In this document: positions 40,511 through 51,680 of the stretch, piece by piece
How positions within the stretch are numbered: position 1 is the stretch's first letter
How the letters are laid out: every line of letters begins with the position of its first letter
Assembly (NCBI GenBank): GCA_965214835.1
Contig: CBDCCK010000002.1
Location: 2,656,001 to 2,720,000 of the forward strand
Length of the DNA: 64,000 nt
Direction: 5' to 3'
DNA from: Nitrosopumilaceae archaeon
GTDB taxonomy: Archaea; Thermoproteota; Nitrososphaeria; Nitrososphaerales; Nitrosopumilaceae
Translations under genes and position numbers: made by a program
Notes under the pieces: generated by a model
What the model was told of the DNA's origin: nothing
Databases searched by the model: none
The model's input: the letters and a program-made list of their open reading frames with translations, nothing else

Positions 40511-40811
40511 ATTGTGGAACCTCTCATAAACTTTTGTAAATGAGTTAAAGAAAAAGTTGGAATCAGACCAGAAAGACAGAATCAAGGAAATGCTGCTGAC
40601 AGCAACAATGAATGAGATCAAGGGAGGGACAAGCCACAATGTAACTCCAAAAGAGTGCGAAACGATTTTTGACATTAGGATTCCCGTTGATAAAAATTGC
40701 AAGGACGTTGAGCAGCAAGTGGCAGCATCAGTCAAGGAAATTGCCCAAGTGCGCAGAGTGGAGGCGTTTTATTCCATTTTGGATGAGACTGAGCCGTTTG
40801 AGGCGCCGTGA
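40511..40811 (+). pseudogene. Internal fragment of an M20 peptidase (LysK/ArgE-like)
   Basis: TATMNEIKGGTSHNVTPKECETIFDIRIP dimerisation-domain motif. No metal-binding N-terminus present. Confidence 0.7.
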
Positions 40812-41380
40812 ATCTCCTTGACTATGCCGACAGAATTAGGTTCCACGTCGCCTATATGCGTCACAGACACTACAAAGTCACACATTTTCACAAAATGACT
40901 TTTTTTAGCGTCGTATATAGCCGACGTGTTGGGTTGAGCGATAAACCTAAAATGAAAAGTGTTGAGGCAAAACCTCCAATACCTGATTGACCAGTAGGGC
41001 CACACCGTGCCGATGCTTATCGTACATACGCTCCGTTTTTAAGTCTTACAAGATCGGAGATTTCCAGCACCCGACGCTTTCTAGGTAGAAGAAACATCCG
41101 TTAAGTTACCAGTTCCCCGAAAACAACAAAAATAAAAGCACGCACAAAACAGTCATTCACGTTGGAACCAACAAAAAAACACACGTCCAAGCACATAACG
41201 TTTCGTGCTTCAGACGACATTGTAAAAGTGCTAGAAAGGGAGGCCGCACGTCTTGGAATATCCACAAGCGCACTACTTAACTCCATACTGCAAAGATGGG
41301 CCGGCTGGGACAGGTATGCGCAAAAACTGGGACTGATTCAGGTTCCAAAGGAACTGCTGTTGGAGGTCATATCTGGCGTA

Positions 41381-43136
41381 GTAATAGGTTAGCCCCTGCC
41401 TAGAGTTAAAGTCACACCCACCGTCTTTTCAGGCATGAAAATCACAACTGCAGGCAGATTAGTGCAGGATTGCTAGGGGCAGACGACCACGTACCCGGGG
41501 TTTCTGACCAGCGCGTCCCTGATCATGTCCGTAACGTTGCACCCCCGGAGGCGCCATGTCTCGATGCACGTCAACATGTTACCGAACATCTTCTGTCCGT
41601 CTTTTGTCCGCAGTCCGAACCGTATCTTGCGCGCGATCACGCCGGGCCTCAGCGTGCGCTCTGCCAGGTTGTTGGTGGGATCCATCCCAGGACGCGTCGT
41701 AAACGTGTAGAGAAACTCCGAGGCGTTGTCAATCTTTGTGGCACAGCTGTCACATCCTTCCTTCCTGTATGTGGCGGCAATCTCGCGTGTTTCTGCCACC
41801 CGACTGTCGTGCTGCCTGGCAGCCTCCTCCGGCGGCCCCGGCCCCTTGGCGCAATGCATCTGCCACTTGAGGCGCTCGCCTGCGGCGCGAACCTCCGGGG
41901 AGTCCGTTTTCTCGCTTTGGGCGTCTGCCTCCCGGATTATGTGGGCCCAGCACCGCTGCCTGTTCCTGCCAAAGAACTTGTCGTATCCGGGGTATCCGTC
42001 AGTCACCCCGACTCTGGGCACGTATGAAAAGTGCTCATCCAGTACGGATGCCCTCCTGCTGTCAGTTGCCACCATGTGCGCGCCGACGGCATTGCCGTCC
42101 TTGACGCCCACTGCCACCCACATGTAGCCGCTCTTGCCGTCGTATGGCATCCCCGTCTCGTCCATGTGGACGTGGTCGCATCCTGCAATGTCTTTTTTGA
42201 TGTCCTCCACGCACGGATCAAGCTTCTTTGTAACGGTCTTGAGGCAGTTCTGTATCATCGCCTTGCTTACATCAATTTTAAAGATCTCCTTTACGATGCG
42301 CCTGATCGTGCCGACGGATGCCGGCATGGTGTACAGGGTGCCGATATAGGAGGCAATGTTGGGTCCAAACTCGGTGCCCGGAACGACCAGCCCGCCCCCG
42401 TTTGTCGTGGTGGTGGCGCCGCACTTGCGGCACTTGCGGCGGGTAAAGTAGTGCTGGGTCGTGACCGGCTCTGGGATCTCTGGAATGTCAGTAGCCATCC
42501 TAGTTCCGGCGGGAACCGGATCTGTCAGGTCGCGCCCGTTGCACGCGCCGCACATGTCAGGCACGTGGTTCATTTCCCGGGTCGGTGTTCTCCTGTGTGA
42601 TATGCCCTCGTGTCCGGGCCTGCGGCCCGGCCTTGCCGGTGCCCTTCCAGATGCCCCTGCCGCGGCTGCTGCCTTTTTCTGCCTGGTCGGAATCGAGTTC
42701 TGCGAGGAGGGGCTGTGCGGGTTCTCATAATATGTGATGCGTTGTTTGAACTGCTTGATTTGTGCTGTCTGCGTCGCGATTTGCGCGGCAGAGACGGCAT
42801 TGTCAGATTTGCGTCCCGCCTTCTCAGCGGCAAGCTCCTCCCGTGTCCTCTGATGTTCCTTCTGCTCCTTCTGAAGCTTGCCTTGCGTCCTCTGATGTTC
42901 CTTCTGCTCCTTCTGAAGCTTGCCTTGCGTCCTCTGATGTTCCTTCTGCTCCTTCTGAAGCTTGCCTTGCGTCCTCTGATGTTCCTTCTGCTCCTTCTGA
43001 AGTTCCGCTTTTTCGCGGGCAAGCTCATTGCATAGTTCCTTGAATTCCGAGGCTGTAGGCATGTATTTCCCGGGTAATGATAGTTTATAGATCAGGTGGT
43101 CAGAAAAAATCAACTAGGCAGGGGCTAACCTATTAC
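41381..43136 (-). mobile_element. IS66 type 2, copy 2
   Basis: Same 23-bp TIR. 8-bp TSD ctggcgta at 41373-41380 and 43137-43144. Confidence 0.96.
41473..43062 (-). CDS. IS66 transposase (near-identical to copy 1)
   Basis: Only a few amino-acid differences from 36774-38363. Confidence 0.92.
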   Translation of the reverse strand: MPTASEFKELCNELAREKAELQKEQKEHQRTQGKLQKEQKEHQRTQGKLQKEQKEHQRTQGKLQKEQKEHQRTREELAAEKAGRKSDNAVSAAQIATQTAQIKQFKQRITYYENPHSPSSQNSIPTRQKKAAAAAGASGRAPARPGRRPGHEGISHRRTPTREMNHVPDMCGACNGRDLTDPVPAGTRMATDIPEIPEPVTTQHYFTRRKCRKCGATTTTNGGGLVVPGTEFGPNIASYIGTLYTMPASVGTIRRIVKEIFKIDVSKAMIQNCLKTVTKKLDPCVEDIKKDIAGCDHVHMDETGMPYDGKSGYMWVAVGVKDGNAVGAHMVATDSRRASVLDEHFSYVPRVGVTDGYPGYDKFFGRNRQRCWAHIIREADAQSEKTDSPEVRAAGERLKWQMHCAKGPGPPEEAARQHDSRVAETREIAATYRKEGCDSCATKIDNASEFLYTFTTRPGMDPTNNLAERTLRPGVIARKIRFGLRTKDGQKMFGNMLTCIETWRLRGCNVTDMIRDALVRNPGYVVVCP

Positions 43137-43504
43137 CTGGCGTAAACGAGGCTCAGATACAAAACCTGGCAGAAAAGTCACTGAAGGCTCTCAAGGATTC
43201 TGTTTTGGTCATAAAGGACGGGTATGATCTCAAACGATGCATTTCGACGCTTGAGGAATACATGCGATCCACAGGAATGGCATCAGACCACACGGTAATA
43301 AATGGAACGCACAAATTCACGGTAAATCATGACATGGGAATAATGTGGTCACTGTTTGTCAAGTACATGATGGAGCAGCTGTTTGGCCAGTTTGTACCAG
43401 ACAAAAAAGTATTCTTTGACATGAGTGACGGAACGGTAGTGATCAGCATAGCACTTGGTTCGGATTGGGATGAGCACGACTATTAGAAGTCAGACGATCG
43501 TTTG

Positions 43505-43581
43505 CAACTTGTGCCACAATGTAACACAATGTACAACTTGTGCCACAATGTAACACAATGTACAACTTGTGCCACAATGTA
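43505..43581. repeat. 29-bp tandem repeat (~2.6 units) upstream of a secreted-protein gene
   Basis: caacttgtgccacaatgtaacacaatgta at 43505 and 43534, partial unit at 43563. Confidence 0.9.
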
Positions 43582-43622
43582 GACATGGTAGTTATGTACA
43601 ACTGTAGCAAACTGTATCTGCA

Positions 43623-44468
43623 ATGATTACAAACAACGTAAAAACCACACTGTTTGCATCTCTGATTGTTGCAATGATCCTTCCATTTGGCGGAATGGAC
43701 TTTGCAATGGCAGAAGAGACAGTCAGCACAGAAACCATCAGGGCAGACGCACAAGCAATCGCTGCGAATATTCTGAGAGTTCAGGAAGAAATTGCAAGTG
43801 CAAAGGCAGAACTCGAGGATTCTGCTGATGACAGACAAGTTTCAGAGTTAGAGTCAAGACTGGCCAAGCTTGAAGCAAGGCTGGCCAAGCTTGAGCAAAA
43901 CCTCACAGAAAAGGTAAATGATCTTTCACAAGCAACGTCAAGTGCAGCCGAGGCTCCAACAGAAGAGAAGGCAGCCAGATCAATCGGTGGCAGTAGCGCA
44001 AATCGCAGCATTGGCAGCAACAGCGGCAGTTCCACATGCTATGGTCTAATCAATGAAGCCAATGAGTGTGACTCTGACATGAACGTCAAGGGAACCACAG
44101 TATCGCTCATTCAGCCCCTTGAAGACTATGCAACAGGATCATGCCCAAGCGGAAGCCCGACCACAACATGCGCGAACTTTGTATATGCCGCATATGACAT
44201 TCCGGGCTGGTACTACGAAGGAAATGACATTTACTTCTACGGTTCTGGCTTTACAAACACATGCACCCTTGACAACACATGCAGTACTTGGGGCGTCATA
44301 GCAAGACTGCCTCTTGGCGATTCTGCAGATATTGACATGACAGACGCGCCAACCGGAATTCCGATGAGGACCAGCTGGTTCATGTACTATGAAGGTCTGA
44401 TCTTTGGTGCAACCCAGCCACACATCCATGTGCAAAACCTTGCAGACGGCTACGATCCGAACCCATAA
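43623..44468 (+). CDS. Secreted protein with coiled coil and Cys-rich C-terminal domain
   Basis: Signal KTTLFASLIVAMILPFGGMDFAMA, heptad repeats and six Cys in the C-terminal half. Confidence 0.85.
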   Translation: MITNNVKTTLFASLIVAMILPFGGMDFAMAEETVSTETIRADAQAIAANILRVQEEIASAKAELEDSADDRQVSELESRLAKLEARLAKLEQNLTEKVNDLSQATSSAAEAPTEEKAARSIGGSSANRSIGSNSGSSTCYGLINEANECDSDMNVKGTTVSLIQPLEDYATGSCPSGSPTTTCANFVYAAYDIPGWYYEGNDIYFYGSGFTNTCTLDNTCSTWGVIARLPLGDSADIDMTDAPTGIPMRTSWFMYYEGLIFGATQPHIHVQNLADGYDPNP

Positions 44469-45133
44469 TAGGAAAAAAACACGATAGAGAACATGACTTC
44501 ATTTTCCCTTTTTTCTTTTTCATATCCGCAAACCTTGCGTGAGTCATTGCTAAGCTCGCCTGCAGCTTCCGCCCGTGAAAGAATTGGCCTTCTCAGATCA
44601 AGGTGCAAGGAAGTTCTGCTGGCAGAGGGTTCAAAACACACTGATCAAATAAAAACGCTGATCCTAGACGCCAAAACTGACGGCTATCTTGTGTTGTATT
44701 GCGACTGCGGGGATGGATTTATTTTTTCCTCAAGCGAAAAAATAGTTGAAACGCTCCTGTGTCAAAAAGAAAGCAGCCGCTCGGGCTCTGGAAGTTCAGA
44801 CATGAGCTCTGCCGCCTCGGAGGGCCACTCCTCCCGGGCAGATTCGTGCCTGAAGTCAAGGGCGTCTTCCAGAGCCCGGGCTGCTGCAAAAAAAAGGGTA
44901 ATTTTTAGAATATTTTCAGGAAGGCAGTTGCAGTTGCCCGAAATATTGTTTTACCTTGTCCATAAGGGACTGGACATAAATGGTATAGTGCCGCACGGTC
45001 GTCCTCCTGATTCAGGCACCCCCCATTCCAATACCCGGTTCGTATATTAGCGTCACCGGGGGCTAGTTGCCGTGTGGCGATGCGCCCGTGTCCGCATGTG
45101 GAACCGCACCCTTTACTGCTACTATAGCAACGG

Positions 45134-47701
45134 TCACAAGTAATTGAGGGCTTTGACCGGCGATCTGTAAATGTACTTGTACATGCTAAGGTGGGCAAAC
45201 GACACCGTCCTGTAGTACTCGGATATGGCCTGCCGTAGCTCGCTGATTTTCCTGTACACTATCCCCCTGAAAACAAAATCCTTGCCCAGGTTCCAGCATT
45301 CTTCCACGATATTGAGGTACGGCGGTCCCTTCGGGATCATTATCAGTTTGACATAGGGATGGTTGGCCAGATATTCTGCGACATCAGCAGATCTGTGCAC
45401 ACTCCACCTGTCGCAAAAGACGGCAACCTTGCCAAACTTGGCGCGCAGCGCCTCCAGACATTCTATGAACTGCACAGACGTAAACGATCCCGCAAGCGTC
45501 CCGAACGGCCTTCTGGTACGAGGTCACCTAGTTTTGACGTGTTTTGACAACCTGCTTAACATATTGCGATCATGCTGATCAAATACGATGCCTGTATAGC
45601 ATCAACATGAAAGGCCGTCGACCCACATACCGCGAACTAGAGGCCACAATTGTATCATTCACAGACAGAATAAGCACGCTAGAAAATAACCAAAAGGCAG
45701 CGAACAGGACAATCGAGGAGCAGAACAGGCTGATAAAGGAGAAGGACAGGATAATCGAGGAGCAAGGCAGGCGGCTCCGGTACTACGAGAACGAGAACTC
45801 GCCACCGTCTGCAGAATCACTAGAGTACAAGAGGCAAAAGGCGCAGCGGAAAAGGGAGAGGGCCAGTAACCGTGGCAACGGTAGCAATAGTGGCACCGGC
45901 AAAAAGCCGGGAGGCAGAGGGGCCACAAGGGGACATCCAGAAGACACGACCCACAGAAGACGGTGCTTCACACGTTCCAGGACAACGACGGGACGTGCTC
46001 GCCGGTGTGCATGTGCGGGAGGGCCATGGACATAACTGCCCTGATACGGAACATCATCGACTTTGAACCGGTCCGGATGACAGAGACGCGACACATAACC
46101 GAGCGTGCCACATGCAGACTGTGCGGCATTACGATATCAGCAGACGACGGACTCCCAAGGAGGGGCAGGTACGGCAAGCACATGATCTCCCTTGTGTCTG
46201 CCTTGCGCGCAAGGCACATGCCGCTGCAGTCCGTGGCAGACACGCTCAAGGATTTTACCGGCAGGAGCATCGCCAAATCGACCGTAATCAACATGATCGG
46301 AGGGGTATGCGACTCTATGCAAAAGCCGTCAGGCGCGATCCTGGGCGGCATCAAGAGATCATCCAACGTCAGAATAGACGAGACTGCGGCCAGCATGAAC
46401 GGCAGCCGCATATGGACATGGACTGCCGAGACGGACAACGGCGTGTTTGTCGAGTACAATACGAGCAGGGGCGCACTGTTCCTGGACAGGCACATGGACA
46501 AGTATGGCGGAGTAGTGACATCTGACAAATATTCGGTGTATGACAGGTTCAACGGGGAGGACAGACACCAGCTGTGCTGGTCGCACGAGCTGCGCGTATC
46601 AAAATACGCGGCGCAAAAGCAGGGCGCCCCGCTGTTTGCGGGAATACTGTACGAGCAGCTTCGGCAGCTGTACCGCAGCGCCGTCAGGGCAAGGAGGAAG
46701 GACAGGGGCAAGGATCTGCGCAGAAGGTTCGAGTCCTTGCTGCGCAACATACTGTTCGGGTACCGGGAAAGCACGGACGACCCCGTCCTGGGCCCGGTAC
46801 TGCGTAGACTGACAAGCTCGCTGCCGCACCTGTTTACGTTCCTGGAGCACGACAACGTGCATCCCACAAACAACGCCGCAGAGCGTGCTCTCCGTTACGC
46901 CGTCGTCTTCCGCAAGATAAGCGGGCAGATCAAGGGAGGGGAACTCTGGATGAGGAGGTGGTCGTGGTTTATGACGTGCATACTGACATGGAGGGCAAGG
47001 GGCAGATCCGTAGCAGACGAGGTCATGAAACTGGTTTAGGAACGTGACCTCGTACGCCTTCTGCCGTCTTCTGCGATGCTCCCGAACACGGCCGCCCTTG
47101 TGTGATCCCCCGAATACGATGCCACGCTTCTGGTGCCGACCGGACCCCACACGTATCTGTCATGTGCGCCCTGCACGAAGAACGACTCGTCAGATGACAC
47201 CAGCGTAAAACCGTCGTTTTTCAGGCACGGAATCCGCACGTTTTCAAGGTATCGCTGCCACGAGTATACCGAGCTTGGGGTGGCATGGTTGACATGTATG
47301 TTTTGCACCTTGCGGCGCGACAGGCCGTGCTGGCACATCAGTCTTCGGACATGCTCTATGCTGTATTCTATCCCGGTGGCATTCCTTATGTCATCGCGTA
47401 CCGTCATGACATCGGTACTTTTGCATGCAGTGGACAGATCCATTATGGCTGCAATACTTTCTCTGTCCACCTTTGGTCTGCATCCGGAACGGGGAAGATC
47501 CCGGAGACCGTCTATGCCGCCCTCCGAAAACCTCGCCAGCCAGTTGCGCACGGAATTCTCACTGCACCGGATCTTTCTTGCAGTCTCGGGTACGCCCATG
47601 TCGTCTTCTAGCACAAACATCAGCGCCATGATCTTCTTGTAGACTTTGACATCCTTTTCTTTGCGCATGGCCTCTGACAGAATGTCTGTTTCTTTTGTCA
47701 T
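45134..47701 (-). pseudogene. IS630 transposase (second type) interrupted by IS66
   Basis: N-terminal part has HTH, DLPRSG and DES. C-terminal part has CDRWSVH and PYLNIVEECW. Parts rejoin across the gccttctg TSD. Confidence 0.88.
45516..47055 (+). mobile_element. IS66 type 1, copy 3 (frameshift near 45915)
   Basis: TIRs gtacgaggtcac/gtgacctcgtac. 8-bp TSD gccttctg. ORFs 45544-46035 and 45963-47039. Confidence 0.95.
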
Positions 47702-47726
47702 ACATACTGCGCCAGTTACGTGATCA

Positions 47727-48107
47727 TTATACCTTTCGAATGACCTTGTTTTGGCTCAAAGACTTATGCTCGTTGCTATACGCGTCGTTTTCTTGTATTA
47801 CTTCAGGTTTTTGGCAAATTTCTACATATTTAGATATGTCATCTTCGTATACCGGATCGTGTTTTTTCAGTCTATTTTTTCCAGTTAATTTTGCTTTTAC
47901 AATAAGCTTAGTCTCTTTGTTAAACAGTACTTGGTGCTTTTCATCGGGTGGGAATCGGATCAGGATTGCACGGGGCATTTCATATGTTGTTTTATTTTCG
48001 TCTTTTAGTCTGCGTTTAATTTCAGGCTCCAGCCACAATTGCCAAATTTGATCAAACAAATTCTGTGCGCCTTGACCATCATCTAATGAAAGATTATCAC
48101 CCAACAA
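47727..48107 (-). CDS. Hypothetical protein, probably truncated
   Basis: AT-rich ORF (WLEPEIKRR) ending at the IS630 boundary. Confidence 0.5.
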   Translation of the reverse strand: MLGDNLSLDDGQGAQNLFDQIWQLWLEPEIKRRLKDENKTTYEMPRAILIRFPPDEKHQVLFNKETKLIVKAKLTGKNRLKKHDPVYEDDISKYVEICQKPEVIQENDAYSNEHKSLSQNKVIRKV

Positions 48108-48428
48108 TGATTTGTGTCGTGCTTGAATACTAAAAACTTTGTAGTAATTCAGCAGACAGAAGTGTGTCCAGTTTCTGTCGGATATCTATCGTACTCCTTG
48201 CCTTTCAACCTGAACCTGACATCCATGATTTTGTTTTCAGACAACCACCATCTGAACCCTAATTGTCATATTGGAAGCTGCCAAGATGAATCTGGCACGG
48301 AGTTGTACTGACAGATAATGGCCGATTGGCGGAAACGCGTCGTCCTGCGTGCTGGGTTCTTTGTCCAGCATCGACTTTACGTCCTCATCCCTGTCAGCCT
48401 CCAGCAGGCTGGAAAAGTACTTCTCGAC

Positions 48429-49040
48429 TGATCTGGACCCCGTATTTTCGAACCACTTTTTGGGCGTTTTTGCGTAGCTCTGGCATCATCATTTGCCTGC
48501 CTCCCTTTGGTGCCGTACGACGAACTCCATCGGAGTGAGATATCCAAGTGAGGAGTGTATTCTGTCATGGTTATAGTCCCTAAAGGCCTCCTTTATGACG
48601 TCTGAGGCGTCCTGGAAGGAGTCAAATTCATGGGGCCACAGGTATTCCCTCTTGATGCTTCCGTGAAACGATTCTATGTGGCCGTTTTGTTCTGGTGTCC
48701 TGTATGCTATGAACTCGTGCCTGATTCCCAGCTGTTTTAGGGACTCCCTGAACATGCGCGACGTATACTGAGAACCGTTGTCTGTCCGCAGGGTCAGCAT
48801 GCTGCAGTCCGGATCTGCTGCCGATACCGCATCAAGTACGGCCTGAACCGCATTCTCCTTTTGCGCCGTGGTGTCAAAGGAGTATGCAAGCCATCTGCGC
48901 GAAAAGGCATCAAGTACGTTGAAACAGTAGCACCAGCCGTCCCCGCTGCCGCAGTCCACGTATGTGATGTCTGCCTGCCACAGCCGGTTGGGGGCATCTG
49001 GCTTTGTAAGCTTGCGCGAGGCCCGTATTATGTCGTTTTT
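48429..49040 (-). mobile_element. IS3-family remnant (rve core plus right end)
   Basis: WQADITY, RTDNGSQY, PEQNGHIESF and YNHDRIHSSLGY motifs. 5' side truncated by MITE-D. Confidence 0.88.
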
Positions 49041-49173
49041 GGGGGGTTGTCGCCTAATTCCACTTATTTGACTCAATCTGCACGTTTTTCTGAATTTCCG
49101 ACCTTTTGCACGCCTGGCCCATATGGTGCCTAAACGGTTTTCAGGAATTCTGATGAATTAGGCGACAACCTCC
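49041..49173. mobile_element. MITE-D copy (no TSD)
   Basis: TIR ggggttgtcgcctaattc/gaattaggcgacaacc. Inverted relative to the 28205 copy. Confidence 0.88.
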
Positions 49174-49351
49174 GTACAAGGAGACCGACAAGAGAAAGGG
49201 CGACAGGCTGCTGGCATGCATGCAGCGCAAGGACGGCAGCAGCATATCGCAGATAGTAAAGAGCCTCTGCCGGTCAACATCTGCCATATCCGAGTGGCTC
49301 AACCGCGCACAGGAGGAGGGGATGCGCGCAAGGCACGAGCGGCCAGGCAAG

Positions 49352-50436
49352 AGAAGCAATCCGTAATTAAATTACGAGTGGCAGGTTGCAGTTGTTTTCT
49401 GCCGTGTTTTTCAGGCCACAGCGGCTATCCGTTCCAGTATCCTCAGGTTGACCAGCCCGCACACGATACTGTTGGCCAGATCGTACTTTCTGAGCCTGTT
49501 TCTGTACTTGTAGCTCATTATCTTGAATGTCTTGACCCTGCGTATGCCATTCTCCACGTACACCCGTATCTTTGAGTGTGTTCTGTTGTACTCTTTTTCA
49601 TCGTCGGTCAGCTTGCCGCTAGGACTCTTCTTGATTGGAAGTATAACCTTCGTCCCTGCATCGATGTGCTGCGCACCCTGGTATCCGCGATCCATATAGT
49701 GCCGCAGCTCCTCGCCGTCCTCCTCACCGCTCCAGAACGTGGGATGCTTCATCTGGTATATCTTGACGTCGTTTACGCGCCCCGGCGAGTGCGGGGTCTT
49801 GTGCACTATGGCACCGTGTATGTTGACCGTATACTGGACCTTGGCCGTGTGCGTGCCTGCCTTGCCCGAATAGTGCGACTCTTCCATGTCCTTTCTCTTG
49901 GGCCTGTTTGTGGGCTGCTCGGAGGCGTCAGTCAGGCACACCATCCCCGGGAAGATCTCGGCCAGCTCCTCGACTGAGGAGATCCTCTTGGAGTCCTTGT
50001 AGATCTTCTCGGGGATCGGCAGACATTGTTTTAGCAGGGGCTCAGTCAGGCTTATGGAGCGCGAGACCGACGCCTGTCCTATACCGAACATGGCGCCAGC
50101 CACGTCCTGGGAGACGTACGTCCTGTAGTAGAACAAGACCAGCAGTACGCGGTTCCTCAGATCCAGGGCAAAGGGCCTGCCTGCGCCTATATCCCGCACA
50201 CGGTCGGGCCTTGAGAGCCTCTTCTTCTCGGTATCTGGAAATTTCTTTTGCACCTCGGTACACAGCTGGTCAAACTCTGCCTCGGTCATTCCTGCAAACA
50301 TCCGGAACGTCCGTGGGTTTTTTGTCAGTCTATCGATCAAACACATGATTTGTACATGGTTTTACAGGTATTTTGATCCGTCAGGCATAGATTAGTGCCC
50401 AAGTGGGTCAAAATCTGCTAATTAAGAATCGCTTCT
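49352..50436 (-). mobile_element. IS5-family ISL2-like element
   Basis: TIR agaagcaatccgtaatta/taattaagaatcgcttct. 3-bp TSD aag. Confidence 0.88.
49411..50346 (-). CDS. ISL2/IS702-like transposase (HTH_Tnp_4 plus DDE_Tnp_4)
   Basis: DASEQ...YSGK, DRGYQG and RVYVENGI motifs. Confidence 0.9.
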   Translation of the reverse strand: MCLIDRLTKNPRTFRMFAGMTEAEFDQLCTEVQKKFPDTEKKRLSRPDRVRDIGAGRPFALDLRNRVLLVLFYYRTYVSQDVAGAMFGIGQASVSRSISLTEPLLKQCLPIPEKIYKDSKRISSVEELAEIFPGMVCLTDASEQPTNRPKRKDMEESHYSGKAGTHTAKVQYTVNIHGAIVHKTPHSPGRVNDVKIYQMKHPTFWSGEEDGEELRHYMDRGYQGAQHIDAGTKVILPIKKSPSGKLTDDEKEYNRTHSKIRVYVENGIRRVKTFKIMSYKYRNRLRKYDLANSIVCGLVNLRILERIAAVA

Positions 50437-51680
50437 AAGGGGCGCAAGCACAAACTGAGCGAGTCGCAGATGGGCCACCCTTGCGCGGATCTCAAGTCAG
50501 GTCCCGGGGACTGCGGCTTTGAGAGCAGCCTGTGGGACTCGCGCCTGATAAGCCTGCACATCAAGAAAAAATTCGGCGTGCAGTACAGCAGGAGCGGCAC
50601 GCTTCTGCTGGCACACGAGCTGGGCTTTTCGTGGAGGACATCAAGGACGAAAAACCCAAAAGCTGCCTCAAAACGCAAGCAAAACGAGTTCAAGGAGGCA
50701 TCATAAAAGCTGATACGGGAAAAGACGGCACAAGGGTATACGGTGCTGGCAGAGGACGAGTCCTCAATCCAAAAGATCTCAAACAGCCCCAAACACGGGT
50801 GGACAAAGCGCGGCATGAGCGCCACGGCGCCCCTGTCGCTGTCACGGCAGCGCCGGTACATGTTCGGCGTTCTGGCAGTCGGCACGTTTTACTTTATGCT
50901 CTATGACAGGACCAACACCGGCAGCTTTTGCGACTTTTTAGAAAGGGTGCACGAAAGATACGGCAAGGTGCTGATATTCCTGGACAATGCGTCATACCAC
51001 AAGTCCGGCGGCGTAAAGGAGACGCTGGAAAAGTACGATGGCGAGATAATACTGGAATATCTACTTCCGTACACGCCGGAGCTCAACCCCGTCGAGATAC
51101 GGTACAGGAAGATAAAGCGGAGGCTGTCTGCCGGGATGTTCAAGACGCTTGATGATATGGGGCGGTCAGTGCGGAAGCTGTTTGCCAAGCGCGAGCTCCT
51201 TCCGATAAAGCTGTTCCAATACCTGACGGGCTGACCGCAGCAGCCTGTCGCGTTCCCTACTGAAGTTCTGCGCGGCAGTATGTCAAACTCCACATGCCCG
51301 AACTGACCGCAGCAGCCTGTCGCGTTCTCCCTTGTGAGTCCTCCCTGTACGCCTTGAGGAGGTGTGGATGCTTTGCATGGCAGGAATTTACCCTTTGATG
51401 CTACGAATTCTGTCTGTTTTCTAGTGCATGTGCGTATGGTCTGCCTGATCTTAGATCTTTGGGCCAAAAGCAGCTGTCAAAACAATCCGTTTTTTTATGA
51501 GTTGACTACGAGACGCCCAGGATGGCGTTCCGGAGCCGGGAGGCCACAAAAGCGATCAGGAAAAGCGGCCCCAAATGGATGGAGAAGAATACAAATGTTA
51601 GGCGGAACTAATTATCATATGGAACAAACAGGTTAAATCTGTCCAAAGTATAAATATATTGCACACATTAGCATTACTGT

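Larger units (their letters stand above)
41162..43486 (+). pseudogene. Ribbon-helix-helix thaumarchaeal regulator disrupted by IS66
   Basis: HITFR...LEREAARLGISTSALLNSIL N-terminus. Frame continues after the TSD as VNEAQIQ...HDMGIMWSLF. Confidence 0.8.
49174..51508 (+). mobile_element. Second long-TIR IS630 copy: 5'-truncated, ISL2-interrupted, nonsense codon at 50704
   Basis: KETDKRKGDRLLA...RHERPG|KGRKHKLSE, EDES and LDNASYH motifs. Right end ...gttgacta. Confidence 0.88.

Noticed and set aside
36700-43136. Composite transposon formed by the two inverted IS66 type 2 copies
   Set aside because: Copy 2 has its own 8-bp TSD inside a gene and the outer flanks do not match, so these are independent insertions.
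43505-43581. Mini CRISPR array
   Set aside because: Head-to-tail units without unique spacers, and no cas genes in the window. The same applies to 53038-53114.
44493-45050. Immunity gene downstream of the secreted Cys-rich protein
   Set aside because: Ser-rich, non-protein-like composition. More likely decayed sequence.
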